From: Spirochaetia bacterium
GTDB taxonomy: Bacteria > Spirochaetota > Spirochaetia > SZUA-6 > Bin103
Assembly (NCBI GenBank): GCA_965208575.1
Contig: CBDBOV010000002.1
Coordinates: 256,001 to 320,000, forward strand
DNA length: 64,000 nt
Direction: 5' to 3'
This document shows positions 10,501-19,101 of this stretch, in pieces. A program made the position numbers and the translations under genes. Position 1 is the stretch's first letter. Each line of letters opens with the position of its first letter. The notes under the pieces are model-generated. The model had not been told where the DNA came from. It did not search any database and saw nothing but the letters and a program-made list of their open reading frames with translations.

Positions 10501-10728
10501 CTGCGGCTCACCATCGCCGAGAAGCTCGGCAGCACCGTCGTTCTGGACGACCAGCTCGTGCAGAGCGACCCATCACGCATGCGGTGGCTGTACGAGTTCA
10601 TGGTGCAGTGCGCCAGGGAGTTTCAGATTCTCGTGCTCACCTGCCACCCCGACCGGTACGATCCCGCCGATGGACCCACCGTGCGCTCGATCGACCTCAC
10701 CAAACACGTCGCGCGTACCCGATCGTAG
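7510..10728 (+). CDS. Rad50/SbcC-like SMC ABC ATPase (YhaN/Rv1278-like)
   Basis: ATG at 7510 gives MWIRQISVRHFAG. Walker A GPNEIGKST, long coiled coil, signature LSVGTRDQL, Walker B VVLDD, H-loop LTCH. Confidence 0.9.
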   Translation: MWIRQISVRHFAGIRSAEVSFGHGLNVLYGPNEIGKSTLVDAMRAGLLLLHGATAARDFEDWHTDQPPRVELTFETEPQRIWRVRKSFGKGADGSSYLEFSRDGKTFTQEAKGRQVDGRIRELLRWGLQPPGGKGSKKGFSESFLATTLLADQREVAAVLDRSLDEDSDESGKGQLTAALQALVQDPVFRTVVARTQERVDEAFTGTGQRSRRRGSPWINLRDQRQAADQRRTEMRRRVTESDDARTRVKRFSDELDEARSQLDNARRHRKRIDMAWIRQQARDTAGAEIAEAERERGRIHGLHADLDQANRELSAAKEAVSAADKGMEQAAETERRARDGLQTARDRLAELESGDARQKRTIRTQEIENLRLKNRNRRTEAERVRADASAVRVLEAAAQRLRADLASRSRELTATRSRVQQAQQQDRKDAAEISRVTERTLALKLLASRRQLAEIDESVQRARKLRAAAQAKTERAKALRAAIEGLSLPDSEQLEKLRTLQTELRVAEETLQVGVSVEITPARALSVTTRADDGPPRTDDVTRPVSVEAAARLRLELEGVGQIEIQGGRRDSRQRASRLRTQWADATTALFQRLEVDDLDEVFAMCRTGENKLAEADRLAREAEQECERAAAAAYEDAFTTERERERDRLERQLGASLGERDLEEFVRRCASGDGADTAALDDQLESIRADRDRRTGLIADLGRQVSRAEGSIESSRQELDKQEAALEDQRKALDDCWEAALAQAEAELNALGEEDRNLGKELETLQTGAGNEIEQARTRVRERTQRLAVAESRSTARRETVESAREARDRLTGRVDERAALVQREDLAAARAHLEALRARFAELPVPEKGVTERDRERAEEAVRLLADECNARQAELQKAEGALQQVGGHSVQEQLEQADEAVKAIDRREGEVEIEYGAWKLLLETLREAEAEDAVHLGKALVEPVSRRVSELTGGAYGEVSIAPTLSTEHIEAAGSKRELSRLSVGTRDQLATVLRLTIAEKLGSTVVLDDQLVQSDPSRMRWLYEFMVQCAREFQILVLTCHPDRYDPADGPTVRSIDLTKHVARTRS

Positions 10729-10819
10729 CACCTCGACGGCCGTGCGCACGTTCAACACCGCCACGCCGGTGCACACAGCGGCGTCGGTGGTGGTGACAGG
10801 CGAGCCGCATGGCGCGACA

Positions 10820-12421
10820 ATGGCGGCCGTGCGCACGTTCAATACCGCCGGTCCGATCGATCCGGAGGATCACTACCACATCCCGCCACTGGAGCGGATC
10901 GACCTCGACGCCGTGCTCGGCTTGGTGGCAGACAAGAAGTACTTCGTGCTGCACGCGCCGCGGCAGACCGGCAAGACGTCGGCGCTGCTGGCGCTGCGCG
11001 ACCTGCTGAACGGCGGGCAGGCGGGCGATTATCGCTGCCTGTATGCCAACGTCGAGAACGCTCAGGCGGTGCGCGAGAACGTGGCCGAAGCGATGCGCAC
11101 CGTACTTGCCGAGTTGGCATTCCAGGCGAGCGTGACGCTGGGCGACGAGACCCTGGAGGAGTTGTGGCCGGCGCTACTGGAACGGGTCGGGCCGGCCCAG
11201 GCGTTGCGCCAGGCACTGGCGCGCTGGTGCATGGCGGATCCGCGTCCGCTGGTGCTCCTGATCGACGAGATCGACGCCCTGGTGGGCGACAGCCTGCTGT
11301 CGGTGCTGCGCCAATTGCGCACCGGGTACGTCGACCGCCCACGGCGCTTTCCGCACAGCATCGTCCTGTGCGGGCTGCGCGACGTGCGCGACTACCGCAT
11401 CCACTCGTCGGCAGAGGATCGCCTGGTGCTCGGTGGCAGCGCGTTCAACATCAAGTCGGAGTCGTTGCGGCTCGGCGACTTCAGCGAGCGGGAGATCCGC
11501 GCGCTGACCGCGCAGCACACGCAACAGACCGGGCAGGCGTTCACGGAAGATGCGCTGGAGCTGATCGGGGAGCGCACCGCCGGCCAGCCGTGGCTGGTGA
11601 ACGCGCTGTGCTACGACGCCTGCTTCCGCCACAGGCCGGGCCGCGACCGTACGCGCCCGATCACCGCGGCCGCCATCCTGGAGGCACAGGAGCGGTTGAT
11701 CCTGCGCCGCGACACTCACGTAGACGACCTGGCGAACAAGCTGCGCGAGGAGCGCGTCCGGCGCGTGATCGAGCCGATCCTGGCCGGCGCCGACGAGATC
11801 GGATGCTCCGAGGAAGATCTCGCGTACGTCCTCGATCTCGGGCTGGTGGCACGGGGTGCCGACGGGCCGCCGCGCATCGCCAACCCGATCTACGCCGAGG
11901 TAGTGCCGCGCCATCTGAACTACGTGGTCCAGGAGACACTGCCGCAACGAATGGCGTGGTACGTGGGTGCAGACGGCGCCCTGGACGTGGACGGGCTGAT
12001 CGCGGCGTTCCAGGCGTTCTTCCGGGAGCACTCCGAGCACTGGGTGCAGCGCATTGAGCAGTACCACGAGGCGGGGCCGCAGTTGCTTCTGCAGGCGCAC
12101 CTGCAGCGGGTGGTGAACGGCGGCGGGCGCATCGAGCGGGAGTACGCGCTGGGGCGGGGCAGGACCGACCTGCTCATCGGGTGGCCGCAGCGCGGACGCG
12201 AGCGGCGCTGGGTAGTGGAGTGCAAGGTGCGCCGCGGCGACCTGGAGCGCACCGTCGCGGAGGGGCTGGCGCAGACGCGCGCCTACCTGGACCGGTGCGG
12301 CGCCGAGGCGGGCCACCTGATCGTGTTCGACCGCTCACCGGAGCGCACCTGGGAGCAGAAGATCTTCCGCCGCCCGCCGCCGCCCGGCGTGGGTATCCCG
12401 GTAACGGTGTGGGGCATGTAG
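10820..12421 (+). CDS. AAA-family ATPase with PD-(D/E)XK domain, copy 2 (paralogue of 1651-3243)
   Basis: Colinear and highly similar to copy 1 over its whole length, including about 40 bp of upstream leader. Confidence 0.85.
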   Translation: MAAVRTFNTAGPIDPEDHYHIPPLERIDLDAVLGLVADKKYFVLHAPRQTGKTSALLALRDLLNGGQAGDYRCLYANVENAQAVRENVAEAMRTVLAELAFQASVTLGDETLEELWPALLERVGPAQALRQALARWCMADPRPLVLLIDEIDALVGDSLLSVLRQLRTGYVDRPRRFPHSIVLCGLRDVRDYRIHSSAEDRLVLGGSAFNIKSESLRLGDFSEREIRALTAQHTQQTGQAFTEDALELIGERTAGQPWLVNALCYDACFRHRPGRDRTRPITAAAILEAQERLILRRDTHVDDLANKLREERVRRVIEPILAGADEIGCSEEDLAYVLDLGLVARGADGPPRIANPIYAEVVPRHLNYVVQETLPQRMAWYVGADGALDVDGLIAAFQAFFREHSEHWVQRIEQYHEAGPQLLLQAHLQRVVNGGGRIEREYALGRGRTDLLIGWPQRGRERRWVVECKVRRGDLERTVAEGLAQTRAYLDRCGAEAGHLIVFDRSPERTWEQKIFRRPPPPGVGIPVTVWGM

Positions 12422-12461
12422 ATTCCGCCGTACAGCCGCCCGCGGCGGTTACGGCAGCGCT

Positions 12462-12688
12462 ATAGTCGGCGAAGTCTTCCAACGGCGCGTCGAAGTCCGG
12501 CGCGATGTAGGTAACGTCCCCTTGGCGAAACCTGCCCGGCGCGAGAGGCTGGGCGGCGCGACCGGCCTGAGCTCCGCGATCCGCTTCCCGCGCCGCGTCA
12601 GGTAGAAGCTCTTACCTTCAAGAACCTGGTCCAACAGCGCTGACAGGTTGGTCTTCGCCTCCAACGTGCCGATCTCTCTCATTTCCAT
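12462..12688 (-). pseudogene. Phd/YefM-family antitoxin, frameshifted near 12513
   Basis: IGTLEAKTNLSALLDQV..G...YLTRRGKRIAEL. Relative to the copy at 54600-54841 it lacks one base (gtaacg vs gtgaacg) before the APDFDAPL tail. Confidence 0.75.
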
Positions 12689-12749
12689 CGGAACCCAATG
12701 TAGTCAGACTAGTCAGATCATGCATCAGCTCCGGCTGGCTCAGTGGGTG

Positions 12750-13190
12750 CTACGCCTGGGCGGCGAGGTGGGGGGCGATGCGCTCTTCGTTGAGTTCGTA
12801 GCCGAGGCCGGGGGCGGTCGGGGGGATGATGTGGCCGTCCTGCCAGGCGATCGGCTCGGTGAGGATGTCGCGGTGGAACTCGGAGAAGGTTTCGATGCCC
12901 TCCTGGATGAGGAAGTTGGGCGAGCACACGTCGACGTGGATCGCCGCGGCGGCGGCGAACGGGCCGCCCCACACGTGCGGGGCGATGTGCGCGTAGTGGG
13001 TCTCGGCCATGGTGGCGATCTTGCGGGTTTCCGAGATGCCGCCGGTGATCGACAGGTCCATCTGGATGATCGAGGCGGCCTGCTTCTGCAGCAGCGGCAG
13101 GAACTCCCAGCGGGTCATGAGCCGTTCGCCGGTGGCCACCGGGATCGAGGTGGCCTGCGCCACGCGCGCCATCTCGTCGACGTTGCCGGA
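12750..13190 (-). pseudogene. 3' fragment of mandelate racemase/galactonate dehydratase-family enolase
   Basis: Near-identical in nucleotide sequence to 55535-55963 of the intact gene; the 5' half is missing. Confidence 0.9.
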
Positions 13191-13191
13191 A

Positions 13192-13290
13192 CCCGCCACC
13201 CGGTGGGCAGCCGCACTAGGGATCGACGGGTCGGATCTGCTGCTGGAGGTGCTGCATCCACCGCCACTTGGTGCGTCTGGCTGCCGAATC
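13192..13290 (+). pseudogene. Fragment of RHH antitoxin (homologue of 61702-61974)
   Basis: ATRWAAALGIDGSDLLLEVL...RHLVRLAAE aligns with ATHWAAALGVDRSDLLREALRRHLVSLAAA. Confidence 0.7.
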
Positions 13291-13332
13291 GATGAGGGTC
13301 TGTTGTGTCCCCATCTGATACAACGGAGGTGT

Positions 13333-13863
13333 TCAGCCCAGATCGCCGATCGAGCTCAGTCGAAAGCGCATAGCAGCATCGCTCACCCGAAAGCGCTTGG
13401 CCAATGCTGAGACGGCCGGGTCATCCTCCAGGTCAACGGATCGACCTTGCACGGCAGAAATTAGAAGCGACCTCGGCATAAGCAACTCGGCTGCGAACGC
13501 GTTTGCCTCAATCTCGATAGGGTCCACGCCTGCCGCGGCGAGCGCGTCACGCCGCAGTGATCCCCGATCTACGTGTACGACGCGTTCAAGCTCCTCGCGG
13601 TGGAGTTGAATGTGTGCTAGTTCATGGGCGAGCGTGAAGCGCTGACGATTGGGAGCGTGCTGGGTGTTGATGGCAATGATTGACACGCCGGCCCGAATGT
13701 GGGCGAGACCGGACAACTCATCATTAAGAGGCGCGTACTCCAACCGCACTCCAAGCGACCTGGCAATACGCTCGACAGGTACCGGTGGCCCTTTGACACC
13801 ATGTTGCGCCAGCAGCTCGCGTGCGGCCTTCCGAGCTCTGCCTCTGTGAGCGCGTCGTGTCAT
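13333..13863 (-). CDS. ImmA/IrrE-family Zn metallopeptidase (CapP-like)
   Basis: RQRFTLAHELAH (HExxH) and EIEANAFAAELLMP; overlaps the HTH gene by 1 nt. Confidence 0.9.
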   Translation of the reverse strand: MTRRAHRGRARKAARELLAQHGVKGPPVPVERIARSLGVRLEYAPLNDELSGLAHIRAGVSIIAINTQHAPNRQRFTLAHELAHIQLHREELERVVHVDRGSLRRDALAAAGVDPIEIEANAFAAELLMPRSLLISAVQGRSVDLEDDPAVSALAKRFRVSDAAMRFRLSSIGDLG

Positions 13864-14216
13864 TACGAGTTCTTTCTCGGAAGACTACCGGCGAAGGCCG
13901 AGGCAAGCACGCCCTGTACCGCCGATCGCTCCTGAGAGCTCAAGGTCGAACCACTGACTTTGATTCTCGGCAGAGGCTCGCCGGATACCCATATATCGGG
14001 CACTAGATCCAAAACTGACCTGAGCTTCAGCGCGTTCACGAGCGCGAAGAGTTGATGAACCATAATACGCTGCCGGCCGTTTTCGAGGTTGGCGAGCGAC
14101 GCCCTGGAGAGCCCTATCCTCTCTGCGACGTCGCCTTGGGTGAAGCCAAGCTCTCCGCGTCGCTCGGCAACAGCCCGTCCAAGCCGTCGATAGAGTTCCA
14201 TATCCGCCATCACCAT
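13863..14216 (-). CDS. XRE-family HTH regulator (CapH-like)
   Basis: FTQGDVAERIGLSRASLANLENGRQR. Paired with the peptidase and divergent from the bil operon. Confidence 0.85.
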   Translation of the reverse strand: MVMADMELYRRLGRAVAERRGELGFTQGDVAERIGLSRASLANLENGRQRIMVHQLFALVNALKLRSVLDLVPDIWVSGEPLPRIKVSGSTLSSQERSAVQGVLASAFAGSLPRKNS

Positions 14217-14379
14217 AAACTGCCCGGTTCGCCGGTGGGCGTCAAGCTGACGCTCAAGTAAGTCGGGTGCGAACGATAAAACGGACGGTGATCATAATAA
14301 AGGTGTACCGGCCCGAGGACGCGGAGGCGAACATCCTGGAGCTGGATCGGCGAGGCGACAGTGCGCGGCTTCACATCGA

Positions 14380-15610
14380 CCGCCGGTAGTCGGGAGCGCG
14401 GGTTCCATGGCGCAGTCACAGCCCAGCCCGATCGATTGCCGCATGCGATCCGCCGGTCCGCCCGCGTTCCTTGGGTTCGACCGTGGCGACCGGAGCGCGC
14501 CGCCGCCCGCGACGCGTTGCGCCGCTCAGCTTCGAACCGCCGTCCGGCCGCGAGAGTTGCACGGTGTGGGACACCGGCCACCCCCGCGTCCCGGCCATCG
14601 CCGGCGAAGCGGCCCGACCGCCGCTGCCACGCATCGCCCTCGGTTGCGGCATGGGTGATCCGCCTCGCGATGGCGTCCCGGCGCCGAAGCGGGGGCGCCA
14701 CGAATGCGTTGCGCTTCCTCGACATGCGCAGGCTGCTTTGGCGCCCAAGGACGGGGAGTGCCACTCCATCTGCCGCCAACGATGTGTCAGCCCGCTCGAT
14801 CTCGCTCTGCGGCCCGACATCCGTCCCTTTCGCGTGCGCCACGTTCCACTGCACGGTCTCCGTGGCGAGTTTACCGTCAATGTCGAGGAGTATGTCGCGA
14901 AATCGCGCCGTGCCGCATGGCTGAGCGTTCGCGCGCCGTGGACCGAGGCGTTCCCACCCGGACGGCGCGACTACCATGGCCGTGCCGGGTCGTAGCGGTC
15001 CAGGCCGTCCCGCACCAGCCGCGCCTCCAGCCCGCCCAGCGCCAGGTGCGGGTCCTGGTGCGACAGCAACACCTTTTTCCAGCCCATGCCGGCACTCCGC
15101 GTCGACCACCGCATTCAACTCCCAGCGCCCGCCCGCGACGCGCGCATCCGGTTGCTCGGCTGCGCCAACTTCGGGTCCACCTCCGCCTGCATCTGCTGCC
15201 CTTCGCGGGTGCTCTTGCCTGTCGCCTGCTTTACGAGCTTCTCGCGCGCGGCCGCGTCCAAACACCGGCACGGCTGCGGGTGCCGGGCCGCGCTCGCCGC
15301 CGCGCACTGGTGCGGCCGGCAGCGGTTCCACTGGTGCGCCGTCACTCCGCCGCGCACCGCCAAGGTCGCAACTGCTGGCGCCGCCGGCGGATGGCCCTGG
15401 TTGCGTTCATTTGCGTCGCGTTGCTCAGTTCAGCGAACCGTCGCGCAGCGGTTCGCGCGCCCCGCCGGTCTGGCTGCAAAGCCGCATCGCCTTGACGCAC
15501 CGCCAGGCGGCGGGCCGCGGGTGTAATCCAGTTCGTGCACGACGTAGCCGAACAGGCTGCCGTATCCGCGGGTCAGGTGGAGCCGGCGCGCCTTGATCTC
15601 GCGCGGGTGG
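14380..15610 (-). pseudogene. Degenerate multi-copy HNH-endonuclease-type gene remnant
   Basis: Pieces across frames: REIKARRLHLTRGYGSLFGYVVHELDY / AAWRCVKAMRLC / LVKQATGKSTRE / RWELNAVVDAECRHGLEK / LLSHQDPHLALGGLEARLVRDGLDRYDP. These match the N-terminal part of this family as I recall it. The HNH motif itself is not recognisable. Confidence 0.6.
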
Positions 15611-15663
15611 CGAGCGAAATCCGTGTGTAGTGCAAACATTTCAAAGAATCGGCGTCGGTGTGA

Positions 15664-15692
15664 TTGACAACTTTGTAAGATGCGATTATTGT
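15664..15692 (+). promoter_or_regulatory. Sigma70-like promoter for bilABCD, overlapping an ACAA-N2-TTGT palindrome (candidate operator)
   Basis: TTGACA (15664-69), 17-nt spacer, TATTGT (15687-92). AGGAG RBS precedes the ATG at 15758. Confidence 0.65.
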
Positions 15693-15757
15693 GTGAGTCA
15701 CGACGGTGGGGACGGCCCATCGGACGATCTCCGCATCTGCGGACGAAGGAGACTAGA

Positions 15758-16306
15758 ATGACTGAGAGCGTTGACGAGCGCGGTAACCACACCAGCGACG
15801 AGTGCACACAGGCCCCCGGCAAGGTCGTAGTACCGGTGAAGTGGGATCTCGGCGACGAGCGAGTCGTCGAAATAGAACTGGGCAGTCCGGTCACCGTTAT
15901 CCTCGGACTCATCGCCGCCGAACGCAGCTGCTTGGCCGAGGAGTTAGTGTTGGTTCGCGAAGGGGCGGACGAACCACTTTCGTCCGCCATCGCAATCGAC
16001 GAGAACTACCCCTACGACCGTCGCCACCACGTTCATCACTCAGGAGAGGTGGCCGTGACGGTGTTCTATCAGGCGGACCGACAATGTCAGGCGTTCAAGC
16101 GGTTTGAGGCTGTCAAGGATGTTCTTGCGTGGGCGATCCACGTGTTCAACGTCGACTTGAGTTTGGCAGCGGAGTTCGAACTAACGCGCCATGGCCAGAA
16201 GGAAGAACTCCGCTCACATGAACACATCGGCCACTTGGCCGGAAAGGAGTGCGAGCTTGCGCTTGACCTCGTGCGTGGCGACATCGCTAACGGAAGCGGG
16301 TCGTGA
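15758..16306 (+). CDS. bilA: ISG15-like tandem ubiquitin-like protein
   Basis: Two putative beta-grasp units joined by HHVHH; ends LDLVRGDIANG-SGS (Gly plus short extension); first gene of a Ubl-E2-JAB-E1 operon. Confidence 0.75.
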   Translation: MTESVDERGNHTSDECTQAPGKVVVPVKWDLGDERVVEIELGSPVTVILGLIAAERSCLAEELVLVREGADEPLSSAIAIDENYPYDRRHHVHHSGEVAVTVFYQADRQCQAFKRFEAVKDVLAWAIHVFNVDLSLAAEFELTRHGQKEELRSHEHIGHLAGKECELALDLVRGDIANGSGS

Positions 16307-16779
16307 TCGCCGATCCTAGCATTGCCCGTGTCGAAGCCGATCTCCAGGAGGGCGATTTTCTCAGCGGCCGCGATGCAGGTCGTTGGCACGTGATCTCATT
16401 CGAGTTCCCGAACTTGAATTTTATTGTGTCCGCGACCGAGCCGGACGGCACTGCCAGCGAGTACGGATTCCGGGCCGAGTTATCGAGCTTTCCGGGCCAG
16501 CCTCCAATGGTCAGGATCTGGGACCACGAGCAGAACAGTCCCCTTGATTTGGACTATCGCCCAAAGGGAGGTCCAAGAGTCCAGACGACCTTCCAGTGTT
16601 GGGGATCTGATACCGTGTACCGCCCGTGGGACCGCCTCACCGGTCCCCACAATGGCAACGCCACACGGTTTCCACATCTTGCATGGCATCCAGAGCGTCG
16701 TCTCGTTTTTGTTTTTGAGGACCTCCATGGGATACTTAATAGCAACGCTCGCGCGCAGAGTCTTCGGGCCTCAGCCTGA
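16303..16779 (+). CDS. bilB: E2-like conjugating enzyme of the Bil system
   Basis: F.SG...GRW, SFPGQPP..RIWD and VYRPWDR motifs; GTGA overlap with bilA; operon position. Confidence 0.75.
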   Translation: MIADPSIARVEADLQEGDFLSGRDAGRWHVISFEFPNLNFIVSATEPDGTASEYGFRAELSSFPGQPPMVRIWDHEQNSPLDLDYRPKGGPRVQTTFQCWGSDTVYRPWDRLTGPHNGNATRFPHLAWHPERRLVFVFEDLHGILNSNARAQSLRASA

Positions 16780-17248
16780 GATCCTCTGCAGCTCATCGGT
16801 TTGGCATGCCGGTGTCGCAGAGCTCAGGCGACGTGCTGGCGGTTTTCGCGAGAGTGGAGCTTTTCTGCTAGGATCGAAGCGTGAGGCGCGGCGGGTTGAG
16901 GAGTTTGTGTTCTACGACGACATAGATCCGAACGCGCTGAACAATGGAGTTGTCGAAATCGACGGACGTCGACTAGGCGACCTCTGGATGCGCTGTCGGG
17001 AGACAGGGCGGGCTGTCGTAGCCGACGTCCATGTTCATCCTGGTCATTTCCGGCAGAGCGAGTCGGATCGCGCCAATCCCATAATTGCGGAGGTTGGCCA
17101 CATCGCGATTATCCTCCCGGATTTTGTCAAGCGGGAGACTCGCCCCGGTGGAATCGGCGTGTATGAGTACCTTGGCTCGCGCAGTTGGAAGGATCGAAGT
17201 TCCGATCTCCCGTCGCCGTTTCACGTTGGGTGGTGGCCATGGCGCTAG
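16727..17248 (+). CDS. bilC: JAB/MPN metallopeptidase (DUB)
   Basis: RESGAFLLG (catalytic Glu) and ADVHVHP...QSESD (HxH-x7-S-x2-D type). Confidence 0.85.
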   Translation: MGYLIATLARRVFGPQPEILCSSSVWHAGVAELRRRAGGFRESGAFLLGSKREARRVEEFVFYDDIDPNALNNGVVEIDGRRLGDLWMRCRETGRAVVADVHVHPGHFRQSESDRANPIIAEVGHIAIILPDFVKRETRPGGIGVYEYLGSRSWKDRSSDLPSPFHVGWWPWR

Positions 17249-18576
17249 AAAAGCAGATCGCACGTCTCGCAAGAATACTGGTCGACAATGAGAACATCTC
17301 TTTTGATGAGGCTCAGGGTAGGCTACGGGCGCTTACCCTCGAGATCGTTGTTGGGCCCGAGGCCGTGACACCCGCCGCCCACGCGGCCGTGCTAACGGCG
17401 ATATCGGTGGCGAGTAGAACGTTCGTAGGCGGAGTGCGGGTAATAGGGGCAGTAGACGGCCCCCTCGCGTCAGCCCTTCCAATCAGAGCAGATAGTCTTG
17501 CCAGCGCTGCGACGTTAGTAGGCGCCTCAGTGTTCAAAGGCGCACCCTCGCGCCGGATTCTCGTCTGTCCGAGTAGAGAGTTGTCCGACTCCTGCGACAC
17601 TTCGCCGTGGTGGAACGGCTGGAGGGCGGGTACGGCTAGGCCCGGACAAGCGAGGTGGGATGATGGACACAATCCGCTGCCCGGTGTCGCTGCCGGTGCA
17701 CTGGCTGTAGGTGCAGCCTTCGAGGTTGAGCGGGTAGGCAGCCGCCACGTCGGAACTGCGGTCAACCTCTGGCCTACCGAGCCCGGGACCCTGGCGCCGC
17801 GCTTCACGGAGGTGTTTCTCCCTGGAGCACTCTGGATCATTGGCGTCGGTAACTTGGGACAGGCATTCCTCTGGGCTCTCGCGGCGCTGCCTTACCGTGA
17901 TCCCACGAGTGTCTCGGTCGTCCTTCAAGATCACGACAAGATTACCGAGGAGAATTGGGGTACGTCAGTGTTAGTCGACGGCGAGTCCTACGGGATGCTA
18001 AAGACTAAGCTCGCTGAGCAGTGGGTGCTGGACAAAGGCTTCGAGGTTCGAAGAATCGATCGTCGTCTTATTGCAAGTGACCGCCTCGACAACAACGATC
18101 CACGCCTCGCGTTCTCGGGAGTAGATAAGGTCGAACCGCGTAAGCTCATGGCGAAGGTGGGTTACGACTGTATAGTCGATGCTGGGCTTGGGCGCACCTC
18201 CTCCGATTTCGACCGATATCGGGTCACCGTGTGCGATCGCACTCGCCCAATAGACAGACACTTCGACGGGCAACACGATGAGCCTGTGAGAGCGGAGATC
18301 CCGGCGGGCGATGCGTATCAACGCCTCGAGGCGGAGATCGGGCGTTGTGGGGCAGTGGAGATCGGTGGAGCTAGTGTTGCGGCTCCACATGTGAGCGCTG
18401 TTGCGGCGGCTTTGGCAGTTTCTCGCACGATTGCTATCGCTTCCGGCTGTAAGTGCCCCGCGAACGAGGTTGGAAAGCTTTCGTTATCGGAAGTTGCGAA
18501 GATTGCACCGTTGACTACGGTAGAGGGTCGAGGCATCTTCCACGCCGGGACACCGAACCCTAGCGCATACCAATAG
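17239..18576 (+). CDS. bilD: E1-like ThiF adenylating enzyme
   Basis: IIGVGNLGQA Rossmann motif, QDHDKI..ENWGTS, GVD, DAGLG and GRCG (candidate catalytic Cys); N-terminal inactive-adenylation-like half. Confidence 0.85.
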   Translation: MALEKQIARLARILVDNENISFDEAQGRLRALTLEIVVGPEAVTPAAHAAVLTAISVASRTFVGGVRVIGAVDGPLASALPIRADSLASAATLVGASVFKGAPSRRILVCPSRELSDSCDTSPWWNGWRAGTARPGQARWDDGHNPLPGVAAGALAVGAAFEVERVGSRHVGTAVNLWPTEPGTLAPRFTEVFLPGALWIIGVGNLGQAFLWALAALPYRDPTSVSVVLQDHDKITEENWGTSVLVDGESYGMLKTKLAEQWVLDKGFEVRRIDRRLIASDRLDNNDPRLAFSGVDKVEPRKLMAKVGYDCIVDAGLGRTSSDFDRYRVTVCDRTRPIDRHFDGQHDEPVRAEIPAGDAYQRLEAEIGRCGAVEIGGASVAAPHVSAVAAALAVSRTIAIASGCKCPANEVGKLSLSEVAKIAPLTTVEGRGIFHAGTPNPSAYQ

Positions 18577-18697
18577 ATACTTGAAGACGTCATCCAGACG
18601 CATGGGCAAGCAGCACCACTGCCGTTGTGCGTGCATCTACGGTACTACCATCAAGCGTGCGATCAGCTCTTTCTCGGCTATGCTGACGGCTGTTTCC

Positions 18698-19101
18698 CTA
18701 CGTATGGATCTCTCCAAGCCAGGCGAAGTCGAGGTGCCGCCGAGTAAGCGAAATGACGTATGGCCCGGGCATGTAGTGAGCGAGGGCAAGGACCGAATTC
18801 CGATGATAGTCGATCACATGTGCGGCCTCGTCCTCGGTTGACAGGCGGGTGACGAAGACCACCAGCCCCAACCGCGCATTCTGTATTGCTTGCAGCTCTA
18901 CTAGCCTGCGCCGGAGTCTTTTGTCGCCGGTCACGGCAATTCAGCGCCGCGCCGCCACGTTCGGGATCCAGTCTACGTCGCGATCACGGGAGTCGATACC
19001 TCGCACGTCGCGGTGCGTGACCGCGTGCAGGTTCATCTCCCGCAGTAAGCCGACGAGTCGAGGACCGTAAGTCTCGGCCACGAGAAGGTGGGAGGCGTCA
19101 C
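18698..19101 (-). pseudogene. VapC45-like PIN toxin, disrupted
   Basis: Manual translation: ...DVDWIPNVAARR*IAVTGDKRLRRRLVELQAIQNARL. Internal stop plus an early frameshift. Confidence 0.65.

Noticed and set aside
10379-10819. N-terminal extension of the 680-aa ORF
   Set aside because: It overlaps the Rad50 3' end. The paralogue defines the start at 10820/10829.
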